Shown here: piece by piece, positions 1-13,502 of the stretch
How the letters are laid out: each line of letters opens with the position of its first letter
How positions within the stretch are numbered: the stretch's first letter is position 1
NCBI GenBank assembly: GCA_013265495.1
Contig: MU061579.1
Span: forward strand, 6,734,124-6,798,123
Source: Vicugna vicugna
Lineage: Eukaryota
Direction: 5' to 3'
Length of the DNA: 64,000 bases
Translations under genes and position numbers: made by a program
Notes under the pieces: model-generated
Told to the model about the DNA's origin: nothing
Seen by the model: only the letters and a program-made list of their open reading frames with translations
The model's database searches: none

Positions 1-916
1 ACTCGTTAGTAGAAAGCACAATGATTACCCCAAGAGAGTATATTTTTGAAGAAGCAATAGTCAATGTACTTTCCACTTATTTCCTATCTCTTTTTAGAAG
101 CAAACAGGACAGTACTTTATTTGCTTCAGTAATCATGCTTCCAGAAACTAAAAGAAAAGAATCTCATCTATGTCAAGTTATGGTCAAACTCATTTTCTAA
201 ATTGAAAAGAATCTTGAAATTGATGGTACATCAAGCTGTGAAAACGAGTCAAGTGAAAAAGGAAAGCATACAATTAGGCTTGTTTCTGGTTGGCTTGGAC
301 ACTAGGGAACAGAGAAACATAATCAGTAATCTTGAATGTCTAGGGATATACAGGTAAACATCTTTTTATTCTATTCAAAGTTATATCAAGCAAAAAATTA
401 AAGTTTTTAAAAAGTAATTAACATTAAGTGAAAGCAAGATACTTAGGAGTTTAGAATATTAAACTACTTGTTAGTTAGCAATTGCTCCTTTGGGATACAC
501 ATTTGGCTTCAGTTAAAATGGAGACTGAAAGAACCCAATTTGATTTGCATCGTAACTTCAGTATAAAGCACTTACAATGAAATTCTAGTTTCCCAAGCAC
601 CTGCTGAGCCACATTACTACTTCTGCGGACCAGAGTATCCTCCAATGTACCATATGACTCTTCATTTATTGTTGTTAAAGTACTCCTTGTTGCAACTTTG
701 AATAGTATATTTTTTATTATTTTGATGGGTCATTTTCAAATTAGAGTTTTAAGTTTATAAGATTTTTTTGTAAAACTCCCAAATTCTATAATAAAAATTA
801 GATAATTTTTTAAAAGAAGACATAGTATATATAGGATCTGAGATTACACATTTAGGTGTTCCCCTGCTCAAAAGAAGTATCTATTTATTTACATGTAATT
901 ATTTTATTTTCAGTCC

Positions 917-1381
917 TGTATTAGTCAGGGTTCTCCAGAGATACAGAACCTATATGATATATAGAAATATATAGAAAGAGATTTATTATGAGGAATTGCC
1001 TCAAATGATTATGGAGGCTGAGAATTCTATGATATGTCACCTGCACACTAGAGGCCCAGGGAAGCCAGTGGTGTAGTTCCAGTCCAAACCCAAATGTCTG
1101 AGAACTGGGAACACCAAGTCCCAGGGCAGGAGAAGATGGACTTTCCAGTTTAAGAAAGAAGAGCAAATACACTCTTCCTCCACCTTTTCTATTCTAATCA
1201 AGCCCTCAATGGATTGAATGTTGCCCACCAGCACTGGTGAGGACATCTTTACTTAATCTACCTTTTCAAATGCTAATCTCTTCTGGAAACACTCTCACAG
1301 ACACACCTTCAGATAATGTTTTACCAGCTATCTGGGTAGCCCTTAGCCTGGTCAAGCTGACATGTAAAATTAACCCTCACA
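917..1381 (-). mobile_element. MLT2-type (ERVL) solo LTR
   Basis: TG...CA ends. The minus strand begins TGTGAGGGTTAATTTTACATGTCAGCTTGACCAGGCTAAGGG and ends CTGGAGAACCCTGACTAATACA, matching recalled MLT2 termini. Confidence 0.9.
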
Positions 1382-2309
1382 ACTCTCCATTCCTTTGATA
1401 ACCAAAACAACTGTAACCAAGTCAAAAGTGCTTTTAAGTTTTTCAAAGTTTTATTTATCTCCTTTTCTGTCCTAGAAGTGTATCTAAATCCTTAAGATAT
1501 ATGTAGGCCAAGGAGTCAGAAGAGGCATTTAGTCCTTGACCATTTTTCATACTTGTGGACATCTGCTGAGATGTCTTCTTTTACATTTTTGTCTCCATTT
1601 AATGATCAACTTATATCTTTGTAAGCCTTCCTCATACTTACTGATCTATAAATCTATTCAGGCTTAACTCATGTCTTGAATATGCTCTGGTATTTGCTTA
1701 CTTATGGTAATAATCCAACAAAGAAAAAGAAAAATTCTGATTTAGAAGAGGTGAGAAAATTTGTCAGATAATGTGTTCAGATATCAATGCAGGATAGGAA
1801 ATAGCACATAAGTAAAGGCTTTAGTCCTAGAAGTGAGACAGAAAAATTGATTTATTAAAAACAAAAGAGAAGGTAGAGGTTAAAGGGGTAGATGTGTTCT
1901 GGGAACTTATGGAAATCCTTTTCTAATTGTTTCTTTTTTCTCAATGTAATGAGAAGGAAGTTCATCCAATAACTGCCCATGAAGGTAGTGGAGGATGTGT
2001 TTTGTACAGCAGATGTTAGATATTACAAGAGAAAAGGAGCAAATTCTCATCTAGGAGATTAGAAACTCGATGGACTACAAATTTTAGGCAATAATCTTAT
2101 ATGTATTTTTTTCAGCCCCCTTCAACTTCATGGGGACAAGCATGAGTAGTCTAAAAGCTGAGTGTTACCAAAATTGGTTTAGCCAAGCATGTACAAGGGT
2201 GCAAGAGAAAGGCAAAGGAGTTGAAGGTGTACATATTCATAAAGATTGATTATACAATATATATATCACTATCTAGCTCTTTCTACAAGTGATTTTAATC
2301 ATTAGCTTC

Positions 2310-2428
2310 TGTCTTTTCCTCCCCCATTTGAGCTTTTTAAAGGTAGGAACTAGGTTTTATTTTCATTTGTACCCCTAGCACCCAGCACAGTTTCTGCCAA
2401 TATATTTGTTGGCTGAGTGAATGGATAA
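2310..2428 (+). mobile_element. L2 3' end fragment
   Basis: GTACCCCTAGCACCCAGCACAG...TATTTGTTGGCTGAGTGAATGG resembles the L2 terminus. Confidence 0.65.
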
Positions 2429-3739
2429 AAGAATCTTCTCTTTCATGGCATTTCTTCTTGGTTAGAAATAATCCTTTTATCATTATTACATCAAAATCAT
2501 TATCTCATTCTCAAAATTACTTTATTGTAAAAGAAGAATGCTATATCCTCAGCCATCATAACCACAGTTCAAGAAATCAAAATTAGGGAGAAGGGAATAT
2601 TTTGAAAGTCCAAAACACCAACTCCTGCTTTCATGCCACTGCTGAGAATTTGGTGACTTTGCTACTTTTAACCACAAGGGAGTCCAGAAAGTACAGTGTT
2701 TCAGTTAGGCATTGGCACTTAAATTTAAAATGGTGAAGATTTTACCCTATTTACAAAAAGATAAGTTATCCTGTCAAAGTTTTATATATAAGTAATGACA
2801 GGAGCCTCATGGTTTCTGGATCATAATTTCAGACAGCTAATTACTCAGACTGAGTCAGTTCCTCACACTCCAATTTTTCACAAAACAACAGAACTAAGAA
2901 CTAAGACACTGCCTGCATACACAATACATTTACATCACAGGAGTCACAATTATGATACTCTAAGTCAAAACTTTGACTCACGTGAATCAAGATTATGAAC
3001 GTCAGAGTTTATAGAGAGAATTCTGGCACAATTACCCATCTCCTCGTCCAGAAAAAAAAAGACTTTTACTCTGGAATATAAACAAATGTCCTCTGGAGGA
3101 GAGAGATGAATTAAGGCTTTAGGTTTCTTAAACTGGAAAGCAAGTGATTGTCTTTGGGGAGATATATCTCTATGTCTCTCCTACGATACTATTGCTAGCT
3201 CTCAAGACATGTTAGCTGTTCATTTATCCTTTAATAAACCTTGTCAGTAATTGCTCAGAAGTCTCCAACCATGCAGAAACATAAAAATATTCATAGAAAA
3301 TTTCCTCCCAACAATTACACATATACACACAAAAATCAGAGTCCTGCTTTTAGTATAAAGAATGGAATGGATATGTTGGTAAACAAACAATGGTTTCTGT
3401 GACAATCAGAATTTTGAATTAAAATTTTAAATGTTATTATGTTGCATTATTTTAAACATTAAAATTTCACTATTTTTTAAAATATTGCTTTTCATAGTGA
3501 AGTAAGTGCTTTTAGATAAGTCACACAAGTTTTCTGGACCTCAGTGTCATTATTAACAAAATGAGCAGATTTGATTGAATAACCATTAAGACTGCTTACA
3601 AATTTAAAAAGGTATATTTTAAATAAATTGTAAATTAAATATATCTAGACTAGGAATAGGAGACCTTTTATAATACATTTTTTAAAAAATAGATGCTGAG
3701 TGACAAAAACAAACCTATATTGAATTATCTAAAAATGTT

Positions 3740-5340
3740 CATTATGGTATGTCTAGGTAACGGTTTTTTTTATACTTACTCTGCTTGCAATTTTTAATGC
3801 ATCCTGATTCTGTGAAATGAGATTTTTCTTTTTTTATTGAAGTATATTTGACTTATAATAGTATGTTACTTTCAGGTGTATAGCAAAGTGATTCAGTTAT
3901 ATATATATTTTTTCAGATTCTTTTCCATTATAGGTTATTATAAGATATTGAATACAGTTCCCTGTGCTATACACTAAATGCTTGTTGCTTATCTATTTTA
4001 TATATAGTGTATGTTATCTGTTAATCCCATACTCCTAATTTATACCTCCCCTTGAGATTTTTCTTAATTAAAACAAATTTTTGGCCATCATCTGCTAAAA
4101 TGTGGCTTCTGTCACTTTTTCTCTACCACTCTTTCCTGGACTTGTTATATATATCTAAGACATTTTCACCATATCCCGTTTGACTCATACTTACTAGTCT
4201 GAATTTTCTTTCATTTTTCACTTCATGTTTCAGTCTATTATTTTCTTTCTTCTGACATATTTTGTAGGTCACTAGTTCTCCCCTTTAGCTCTTCTGATTT
4301 GTTGTAAAATTTCTACTGAGGTATTAATTGATTATATTTTGAATTTCTAGAACTTCCATTTGGTATTTTCATAAATCCTTTTTGTTCTATATTGAAAATC
4401 TTCATCTAGACATTTATTTTCTTATACATGTTAATCTGTATATGCAACTTTGTATATGTATATCTGTGAGTCTATTCCTAGTGTCGGTTTTATTCTCTTG
4501 GTCTTGTCTCCTGGCATGCCCAGTAATTTTTGTACTGTCTGCCAGACATTACATACAAACAATTTTTGAGGCTCTGGAAGACAACTGTTTTCCATTAATG
4601 ATGATTTGTTGTTGCTCTGGTAGAGCATTAAAGGTAAAAGTAGATCATTTCAACCCAAAGTTAAAATGATTCCAAAATTTGACTTTAATCTTTATAAAGG
4701 CTTTTTGTTTGTTTGTTCTTAATCATGTAATTTAGCTATTGAATGTCTCAACTGAATGCGTAAGATATTTGCAAGTGTCTGCTTTTCTTAGTGGATATTA
4801 AACCACATGTTTTGTCTCTTCAATTCTTGTGGGACTTCTAAAATCTTAGTTCATCTTCTTGGCTGCTTAGATTCTGCTCTCTGCTTGAGTTCTTGACTTT
4901 TGCATTGCTCTACTTAACAATCAGAAAATCCCTCAGTGGGAAAAGCAGTCCAAGAACAGGGTAACATTTCTTCTCTCCTCCTTACGTTCTTGCTCTCTGA
5001 AATTTTCTCCTGCTATAAGTGCTGGCTGCCTTTCCAATCCTGAAAGACCTCAAATTTTGTTTTTTTAGGCCTTTAAGAATGCTGAAAACTCTGCTCAGAT
5101 TCTTAGACCTTTAGCTGCCCCTTTTGCTCATCTTCTTATTTTCTCAGACTTAAGACTTAAAAATAGGCAAAATTCCTTGCAAAGCAAATTGATGTAAAAT
5201 GTCAGACTCTCCTCAAAGCTTTTCCCTTCTCTCCAAATCTCAGGTTCTTTAGTACTCGGCTGTCTTGACACCACTCTAATTCCTGAAAACATTTTTTAAA
5301 ATGTATTTAGCTTTTCTAGTTGTTCTTTTCAGAACTGTTC
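3740..5340 (-). mobile_element. Ancient, degraded L1M/HAL1-like fragment, interrupted by a younger L1 tail
   Basis: T-rich + strand with decayed antisense L1 ORF1/5' region character. Boundaries approximate. Confidence 0.5.
3831..4052 (-). mobile_element. 5'-truncated cetartiodactyl-type L1 3' UTR with 13-bp TSD
   Basis: Poly-T followed by AGTTCCCTGTGCTATAC and related L1 3' UTR sequence. TSD TGAGATTTTTCTT at 3818-3830 and 4053-4065. Confidence 0.9.
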
Positions 5341-5574
5341 TGATTCAAGCTAATGAGGAATATTATTTCATATAAATATTTTCAGTACAGCCTTTAAGAA
5401 GCAGTTAATAACGTATGTATATGCCTATTTAATTGTATTATTTTTATTTGTACAAAGCATTATTTAATTCTTATGTTTATAGGAAAATTACTTGTCTTGA
5501 CAGTATATTGCCCTGGATAAAAGGCAAATGTGTAATCTGTAATTATTTTCTACCTGAGCATTTAAGATTAATGA

Positions 5575-5800
5575 TAATGATGATTTACTAATAAAAAGTA
5601 ACATGTATTGCTTACTATCGGCCAAGCACTGTCCTAAAGTTTTACATGCTTTAGTTGAATTTTCACAACAACACTGTAAGGTCCTTCAATTATCCCAATT
5701 TAAACAGATGAGGAAATTTTGGCATAACTTGTCAAATGTTATACACCTGTGCTGCAATGGAACAGGTAGCAGGAATGAAGTAAGGTTTGTTTGTAGGCCT
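5575..5800 (-). mobile_element. MIR SINE
   Basis: MIR core: CACAACAACACTGTAAGG...CCCAATTTAAACAGATGAGGAAA. Confidence 0.8.
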
Positions 5801-6384
5801 AGTAAATTAAAAGAATGTTTCTGAAAAGATTGTTAAAAATGAACAAATCTTAAATCCTACCAGAATGAGTTACTAACAGTGACATTTCAAGCCTTGATAG
5901 ACAAACAAAGGAAGATATTTGGGCAATTCAACAAAAAAATTACTCAGTTCCTACTTTGTTTCAGAACACAGAAAAGAAGTGGATCTCAGTCTGGCTTGGA
6001 GGGGACCCTGGGATTTCTACAGAAGGACACTAAAAACCCCACCTTCCATCCCCTAGTGATCATATTCACTGTATGTGTCCACAGCCTACACTGAATGGAG
6101 TTTCCCTGAGTAGCAAGGTGGATCTTTGACACACTGGCACCTAATCTCATGATTGACCTAATATATTTTCAACTAAACAAAGTTCTGTAAAACAATGTTT
6201 GAAGTAAAAATGCTTAACTGCTAAGATGATAGGGAAAAGGCTTAATAATAGGAAGGTGGGTGGAAATTAGTGGAAAACTGTATTTGGTGACTTGCAGCAT
6301 TGAAATTTCAGCAGGAACCATCCTCTCAATTTCCCAAACTCTGCTCCTCTTAACAAAGTATATTTAATACTTTTCTCTTTTTAA

Positions 6385-8060
6385 CACTTTAAATATAAGC
6401 AAGAAACAAAATTGTCATTATTTGAAGATGTGATGATTGCCTGTATAAAAAAAAAGACTCTAAAGACAAATTCTTACAACTAATAAGAAAGTTCAACAAG
6501 ATTGCTGAATGTACAGCAATGTGCATGTTAGTAGTATTCCTACACACCAGTAATAACTAATTTAAAAATGTAATGTTAAAAATGTATCATTAGTGATAAC
6601 AAAAACTATAAAGATCTGAAAAATAAACCTAGCAAAAAATAAAATGATGAAATGAAAACATTCCATTACATAAAAGAATGCCTACATTAATGAAAAGATA
6701 TACTGTATTCACAAATGGGAAGACTCAATATTGTAAGAATTGCCTTTCTTCCTCAACATCTAACTACATATTTAATGCATCAGCCAAAGTTTCAATTCTT
6801 TTCAGAATTTTAAAAGGTAGTCCTAAAGTGCTACATAAAGTCCTAGGAAAAACCTCATCAATTTTGAAAAAGAAAGGGTATATGTTCTCTCAAATATCAT
6901 GGCATAGTATCAATCTGTAATTTAATTATCATGGCATTACTATAGGAGACAGACACACCAGTGGAATAGAATTGACAGCCTGAAACTGGACCATTTACAT
7001 GGGAATTGGGTAGTTGACAGAGATGAATTATATGTTAATGGGAAAAAAATGCACAGTTCAATAAATGATGCTGAACAACTGGTCATCTACTTGGAAGATG
7101 ATCAAATTGGACGCAAACCTCACATCATATACAAAATTAAATTCCAGAAAAATGGAAGACCTAAACAGAGGAAGCAAATATGTAAACACTCCTGAAGTAC
7201 ACAGACAGCATATGACTTTGGGGTAGGGAGTAAGTTATTAAACTAGGTGCAAAATGTATAAACTAAAATGAAAGATCGATAAATCTGGCTATATTAAAAT
7301 TATTTTTTTCATTAAAAAGAAACCAAAGTTAAAATACAGACCACAGACTTGAAAATGGATTTTCATTGTGTAGAATAAACAAAAATTAATATTCAGAATA
7401 TGTACAGCACTCCAATATAAATAAGAAAAACAATCTCATAGAAAAAATGGGCAAAGAGATATGAACAGTTTCCAGATGAACAAAAATTAATATTCAATAA
7501 ACATCTGGAAAAAAGCTCAAATTCATTATTGAAAATACAAATTTTAAAAAATGATACCTATTGGATTGGTAACATTTTAAAGTCTGTTACATAACATGGA
7601 TGTATGTATAACATTTATGTATATATGCATACATATATACACATATACATACATGTTTAATCCTATGTGCATATATATACAAACATACACACATACTTCA
7701 TCCTGTCTTCTAACAGACTTCTCAATATATATAAAACTAGTGTACAACTTAGAAATAAAGCCAAATATGTGAAAAACCTAACCATTTTATGTATCAATTA
7801 GGAACGATAACAAATATTTCACAGAAATAATATATACCAATTTCAAGGTACTGAATCTCCAGAAAAATTAACAGAAGACATGCAGAAAGAATGGAGGTGA
7901 TTTTTTAGTTGTATCTATAAGGTTTATTTCTGTTATTTTAAAATAAAGAGATCAGAAGTAAAACCATGAAAATGTTTATATCTATTAAGTCCAGATGGGA
8001 TGCACATTAGTGCCTATTATATTCTCAATTCTCTATTTGAAATATTTCATACATTAAATA
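6385..8060 (+). mobile_element. Old L1 (L1ME-like) ORF2 3' portion and 3' UTR
   Basis: Decayed ORF2 motifs (GGAAGACTCAATATTGTAAG, CAGTGGAATAGAATTGACAGCC, AAATGGGCAAAGAGATATGAACAG) with many stops. Confidence 0.8.
7595..7697. repeat. Degenerate (TA)n/(CA)n low-complexity tract
   Basis: Repeated TATACACATATACATAC-type units seen directly. Confidence 0.75.
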
Positions 8061-8519
8061 TATTAACTAGAACCATGAATTACAAACCACTTTTAAGGAA
8101 CTGAAGAAACATCACATACCTTGAGTGTGGAAAGACAAAAAATGGCTAAAAAATTTATAAATTACACAAGTGCCTATGTTAGTGGATACAATTTTAAAAT
8201 AAATTCACACTTTATATTTTATAAAGTAATCCAAATATTTTAATATTATATTGTATTCTCATGGCAATAACTTTTCTATAGTAGAGTACAAACATTTCCC
8301 AAGGCATAAAAATCCCCCCATGTTATGCACCTTGCAATTAAGTTAGAAATGTGACTACGTTTGGCTGAATTCACGGCAGCCAAAAAAGTATTCTAAACCG
8401 AACTTTCGGAGACTTTTGGAGACCTCAAAAAGGTTTTGACAGTCTTTGGTAATGATGTATCTTGGGAATGAGAAAATATAGCCTCCCCAACGTGTAGCTG
8501 GTTTTGATTTTACCTCCTA

Positions 8520-9360
8520 TCTCCTTCCTTTTTAAGCCCAGCCTTACTTTTTCCAACAGGGAGGCCAATAGGCCTGCATTAATTTGCATGGCTGATGTAG
8601 ACACTAATCAATGTCTGCCACACAATATATGACAGCTTATTAACACAGAAACCAGGAAATTAATTACCATAGTTTAATTCTGGAAATGGCCTTTAATTTG
8701 GTCAATACTTTCCATTAGTGATAGAATTAATTGCTTGAAAACTGATTAATGAGAAGATCCAGCAGGTAGTAATTAACATCAAAGTAAAAAAATGTTTAAG
8801 TCCTATGAAAATTATTTAGGTACACGAGAGAAAATTCTAGTCAACAGCTAGTGGAAACCACAGCTATTCTTTAAATTTAGCATTTACTGAGCTGACTCAA
8901 TATTCTGGAGTCTATAACATAATTAAAAGAAATATTCAGTGATGATGACTTAGTGCTGCAAATAATGTCATGACTACATAATTAGTATCTTTTATTTCAT
9001 TCTGTATAACTCAAGGTTAGATACCAATTAATTCATAATTCAACAGCAAAACTTTTAAAGAGCTTCAAATCATTAAAGTTTATTGGAAGTAAGCCATCTT
9101 TGTACATTAATTATTTTAAATCATCTTTTGCTACCAAACTTGGGGGATGATTCTTGCATTAGTCAATTTAATTGTTCAAAGAGAATTAAATTTATCATTG
9201 ACCCAGCAACTAAATAGGTCAAAATATTAATGACTATCAGAGGCTAAGCATCCTATTAACTTATTAATTAGTATTCTAACACTTGCGCTGATTTTAGGAA
9301 AACCATTAAACAAGTCTGATCATGGTTAACAATAACATCTCCGGAAATTATACATCTGAG
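8520..9360. promoter_or_regulatory. Candidate developmental enhancer / conserved non-coding element
   Basis: No recognisable repeat. Dense TAAT/TAATTA motifs, octamer ATTTGCAT 8582-8589, TGACAG 8630-8635, TCF/LEF ACATCAAAG 8776-8784, AP-1 TGACTCA 8893-8899. Conservation not tested. Confidence 0.4.
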
Positions 9361-10007
9361 AGGTTTTGTGGCTGCAATCCCTTTGGGAGTAGGGGCTAGA
9401 GGATTTGTCTTAAGGTCTTATTTGTGTAAGAAGCACATACAGTTTTTACAAGGATAGTATGTTTACTGAAGTGGCTTAAGGGCTGATGGAGATTACCAAG
9501 GACCTTTATCATTCCTGCCTCTTCTTACAATTCCCCCACACTTCTGTCTTTGATTCCACCACACCAGATTCATAATACTGCTTTCATTTTAGGGAATAAA
9601 AATATATTCACCTACCACATATGCCTTATTTTTCCTTCTGAGTTGTTCAAGGATATAAAAACATATTTGTATTATTTGCTAATACTTCCATTAGGAATCA
9701 GGACAAAGAAGGCTGGAAGCAATGGTACAGACTTGAGCTGGGGATAGTTGATGACAAGAAAGTGGGAATTCAGAGGAAGTAGCAGGGGAGCCTTAGGAGA
9801 GGAAGGACTTGCCAGCCAATTTTATGACATGCTTAGAGGACTAACTGATTCTCCAGTCTGAAAATTCTCTTTTCAATGACCATTTTTAGAGAGTACACCA
9901 CAGCTAAAAGGCAAGTATTTATAGGAGCCAAAATAGAGTCACTTTTCATCATTAGAACTTTTGGATATAATTGTTTTTAATCTGGTGTTTCATTAAAATC
10001 ATTAAAA

Positions 10008-10345
10008 TATGCATTAGCTATCCATTGCTGCATGAGAAATTATTTGAAGATTAGTAACTTAAATAATAAACATTAATTATCTCACCGTTTCTGTAAGTCA
10101 GGGTTCTTCGCTGGGTGGTTCTGGCTTAGGGGTCACTCATGAAATTGTGGTCAACATGTCAGCTGGGGCTGCAGTCAATGAAGACTTGACTGGAGCTGGA
10201 AGAGTCATTTCCAAGGTGGCTGACCCACATGGCTGTTAGCAGGAAGTCTCTGTTTCTGGCCCTGTAAACCTCTCCACGGGGTTTTTGTGTTTCTTCAAGA
10301 CACGGCTGTTGTATTCCCTCAGAGAGAATGATCTTTGAAAGAGAA
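10008..10345 (-). mobile_element. MLT1 (MaLR) LTR fragment
   Basis: GCTGGGTGGTTCTGGCTTAGGGGTCACTCATG...GCTGGGGCTGCAGTC...TTCCAAGGTGGCTGACCCACATGGCTG is typical of antisense MLT1. Confidence 0.85.
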
Positions 10346-11270
10346 GAAAAGACCATAATATAAGTGAATTGATTTAAAAAAGGTAAGAGAGGATAAGATT
10401 TAAAATAATATTCTCCAAATTTTGATCACTGGTCTGTAAATGGTATGTGAAGTATTAATGTAAATAGACATTTACCAAAGAAAAAAGAAATCTGCATTCA
10501 AATAAGTTTGAAAAAAAATTAGCTTAACCAAGAAACAAATTTAAACAACATTTTTTTAACTGAGAGATTTCATATACTTTATGAATTCCCAAAGGAGAAA
10601 TATATTTTGCAGTTAATATAAGCCACTTTAGCTGTTTAAAAATCTTCAGGGTTCTTTTAATAAAATTCAGTAATTAGAGGTAAGAGGAAGACATATTTCT
10701 TCCTTACTGTCTTAGTATCAAGAGGAACATTACAGGAAGTATAAGTTTTGGACAAAAGTCTGCCAAACATACAGACATTTATTTGCAAACTGACTCAATG
10801 AGCTATTACAGCTTTAGAAACCATCAGATGAGATCTGTCAATAGAGAGCTTCATAAAGTACCAGGACACAGAACACAGTTCTTAATTTTGAGCTCTGCTA
10901 TTAAGGGCTAGTTTAGCTTGGAAGAAACATATTCACGAATGAAAAATTATTACCAGTGTATCTCATGCTAATTAGCAAACCACCACTGAGTGTGGGTTCC
11001 TGAGCAGAGATGTTTCTTACTGGCTAATCATCTCTAGAAGTTGGACTGAAATCAATTTGCACACATATATATCACACTTTCTGTTAAAATAAATTGCCAC
11101 AAAGACAACATAGAAATAACATTTTTCAAATATTTTACCACATCCTTCTTTTTTTCTGAGAGCATTTGGGGGATTAATATTTTTAGAAAAGACATGGAAA
11201 AATCCCTACAAGGGAAACAATCAGGTCCAGGTTACCTAGAAGGAATTGGCTCCTAAAGAGAAAGCAATAA

Positions 11271-11516
11271 TTCCCTGTGCTATACAGTATAAACTTGTTT
11301 ATCTATTATATACAAATTAGTATCTGCAAATATCAAACTCCCAATTTATCTTGTAGTAACTTATGGTGAAAAAGAATAGGAAAACGAATATATGTATGTA
11401 TGAAGCATTCATTATGCTGTACACCAGAAATTGACACAACACTGTAAACTCACTTTACTTCAATAAAAATATATATACTAGGGGTAAAAAAAGGATGCAT
11501 TTAACATTAAAAAAAG
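11271..11516 (+). mobile_element. Short L1 3' insertion with 5' inversion (twin priming)
   Basis: 11271-11350 is antisense L1 3' UTR; 11347 onward is sense UTR ending in AATAAA. TSD AGAGAA(A/G)GCAATAA at 11257-11270 and 11517-11530. Confidence 0.88.
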
Positions 11517-11578
11517 AGAGAAGGCAATAAAATTATAATGGGAAATTTATAATGATAGATGCTGGTAAGAGACCATAC

Positions 11579-11660
11579 CTGGATCTCATTCTCTCAATGA
11601 AAGAACTATGAGTCAAATGATTTCCAGTATAAAGAAGGTGTTACTCATCAGGACACATCA
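11579..11660 (-). ncRNA. Possible downstream exon (82 nt) of the minus-strand transcript
   Basis: Minus-strand acceptor TTTTAATTAGCCTTCCTTCAG| and donor CAG|GTATGG. Motifs only. Confidence 0.25.
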
Positions 11661-11959
11661 CTGAAGGAAGGCTAATTAAAAGTCTTAAGGCCTGTTGCCT
11701 CAGGAGGGGCACAACAATATCTTGAGATACACGGGAAAAACATTAATTAAATCAGTGGACTTCTTAATTGTAAAAAACAAGCAATAAACAATCTAGTAAT
11801 TTTACTGCCATTCTGATCCTAGATTCAAAATTATCAAATATACAGGGCCAAGTTTATATTTATACAATAAAATGTGTTTATGAAAAGACATGACAGTAAA
11901 TTCACTCCCCAAAGAGTGCCATCCACAATTGGAAATGTAATGGAAGTGCAGTATGTTTA

Positions 11960-12180
11960 GTGTTTCCTGTAAGCTGGGTGTTTTACGTGAATAATCTACT
12001 ACTTCATACGCGTAACCTTACAAACCCTCACAACAACCATGTGAGGATGAAACTATTACTATTTCCGTTTTACAGATGAAGATGGAATGTGGGTAATTTT
12101 TTTAAGGACAAAATGCTTGGACTCTAAACCAAGTCTGTCTTACTCTACAGCTCATGCTGAACGTTTCTCTACACTGCCCT
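11960..12180 (-). mobile_element. MIR SINE
   Basis: CCTCACAACAACCATGTGAGG...TTTCCGTTTTACAGATGAAG core. Confidence 0.8.
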
Positions 12181-12659
12181 TGGGAGACGAACATTGGTCC
12201 AGAGAGACCAACTTCTGGCAGTAAACCAAAAGGCAAAAATGTACAATATTGTTTAGGAGAACTTACTAAAATCAGTATCTTTTAGCAGTAAAACAATAAA
12301 GAACACAGGATCTCACATGCCAGAATCAAGAAGAATTAGAATCGCATTTCACAAGAAATGTGAAATTATCCCAGGGACCAACTATCTCTATTCTCTGTTT
12401 CACATAGCCCCTCACCATTATGAATCATTTTGTAATATGGATTTTTGAAATATAAAAAACATTCTTAGTTGATTCTCAAGCTTTTTGTGTTTTAAACCCT
12501 TAATGTCAATCCTTTATTACGAAAAAGAAAAAAGTCTTTTTCTTAGAGTTAATTTCATCCAACAATTCTAAGACCACATTTCTTTCTTTAAAAGAGAAAA
12601 AAAGTTTATAAAAACAGAAAATAACTTCAAATTAGTAAATCACCAAAAAATATTCGTCC

Positions 12660-12880
12660 ACTATTAGTGTGAATTTCAATTCAATAAGCTTTTATCTTGT
12701 ACATTCTATGTGTCTAATATTACTATACTAAGTGCTGTGGGAACATAGAAAGCATGTAATTCTTTATCAATGCCTTCAAAGAAACTGTATTTTCATGAGA
12801 GAAGCAAGACATCTAAATGTTGAACTGTTGAATCATTATTCTGGGCATCATATCAGTAAGTGCCCAAATAAAAAGTATAG
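12660..12880 (-). mobile_element. L2 fragment
   Basis: CATTCTATGTGTCTAATATTACTATACTAAGTGCTGTGGG...GCCTTCAAAGAAACT resembles the antisense L2 3' end. Confidence 0.55.
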
Positions 12881-13019
12881 ACTAGAATTCCCCTGACTGC
12901 ATTTCAGGAGATACTTAAAAGGGGTTCATTTTTGTTGTTGTTAATTATCTGGTACTAAAAAAATTTAAAAACCACACAATATCTCCTTCTTGAATATTAT
13001 CTTTGCAAATTATTTCATC

Positions 13020-13255
13020 ATCATCAATATCATCAAACATTTACTGTACCTAGGCAATAAAAATACTAAGTGCATTAGATAAATTATTTCATTTAATTCT
13101 TCAAATAATACCATGAAATAGATACTGTTATTAGCTTCATTTTATAGTTGAGAAAGATGAGATTTGGAAAGCTAGCATTCTGATTGCAGATTATACTTAA
13201 TGTTATATGTGGAGCTAAGCTGCTAGACCCAAAAATATGGGTTCTAACCTGAAAA
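13020..13255 (-). mobile_element. MIR SINE
   Basis: CATTTAATTCTTCAAATAATACCATGAAATAG...CATTTTATAGTTGAGAAAG core. Confidence 0.75.
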
Positions 13256-13502
13256 AGGACCATGTCTCTGAGGTCCCTGAATATTTTATGTAAAAATAGG
13301 CCCATTTTTCACTTTTTATACCATCAACCTGTTTTCCTTCTATGAAATTTGCATTTCAAAATTTGCATTTTTTTACTCCCTTATTTTCTGTCTACTCTAA
13401 AGAACTGCATCAACCTTTCTCACCAATATATGTGATGCTAACCTAATTCCTATCACATCATTGGTATGCAATTAATATTTACTGGAAGGAAGGAAAAAAC
13501 AA

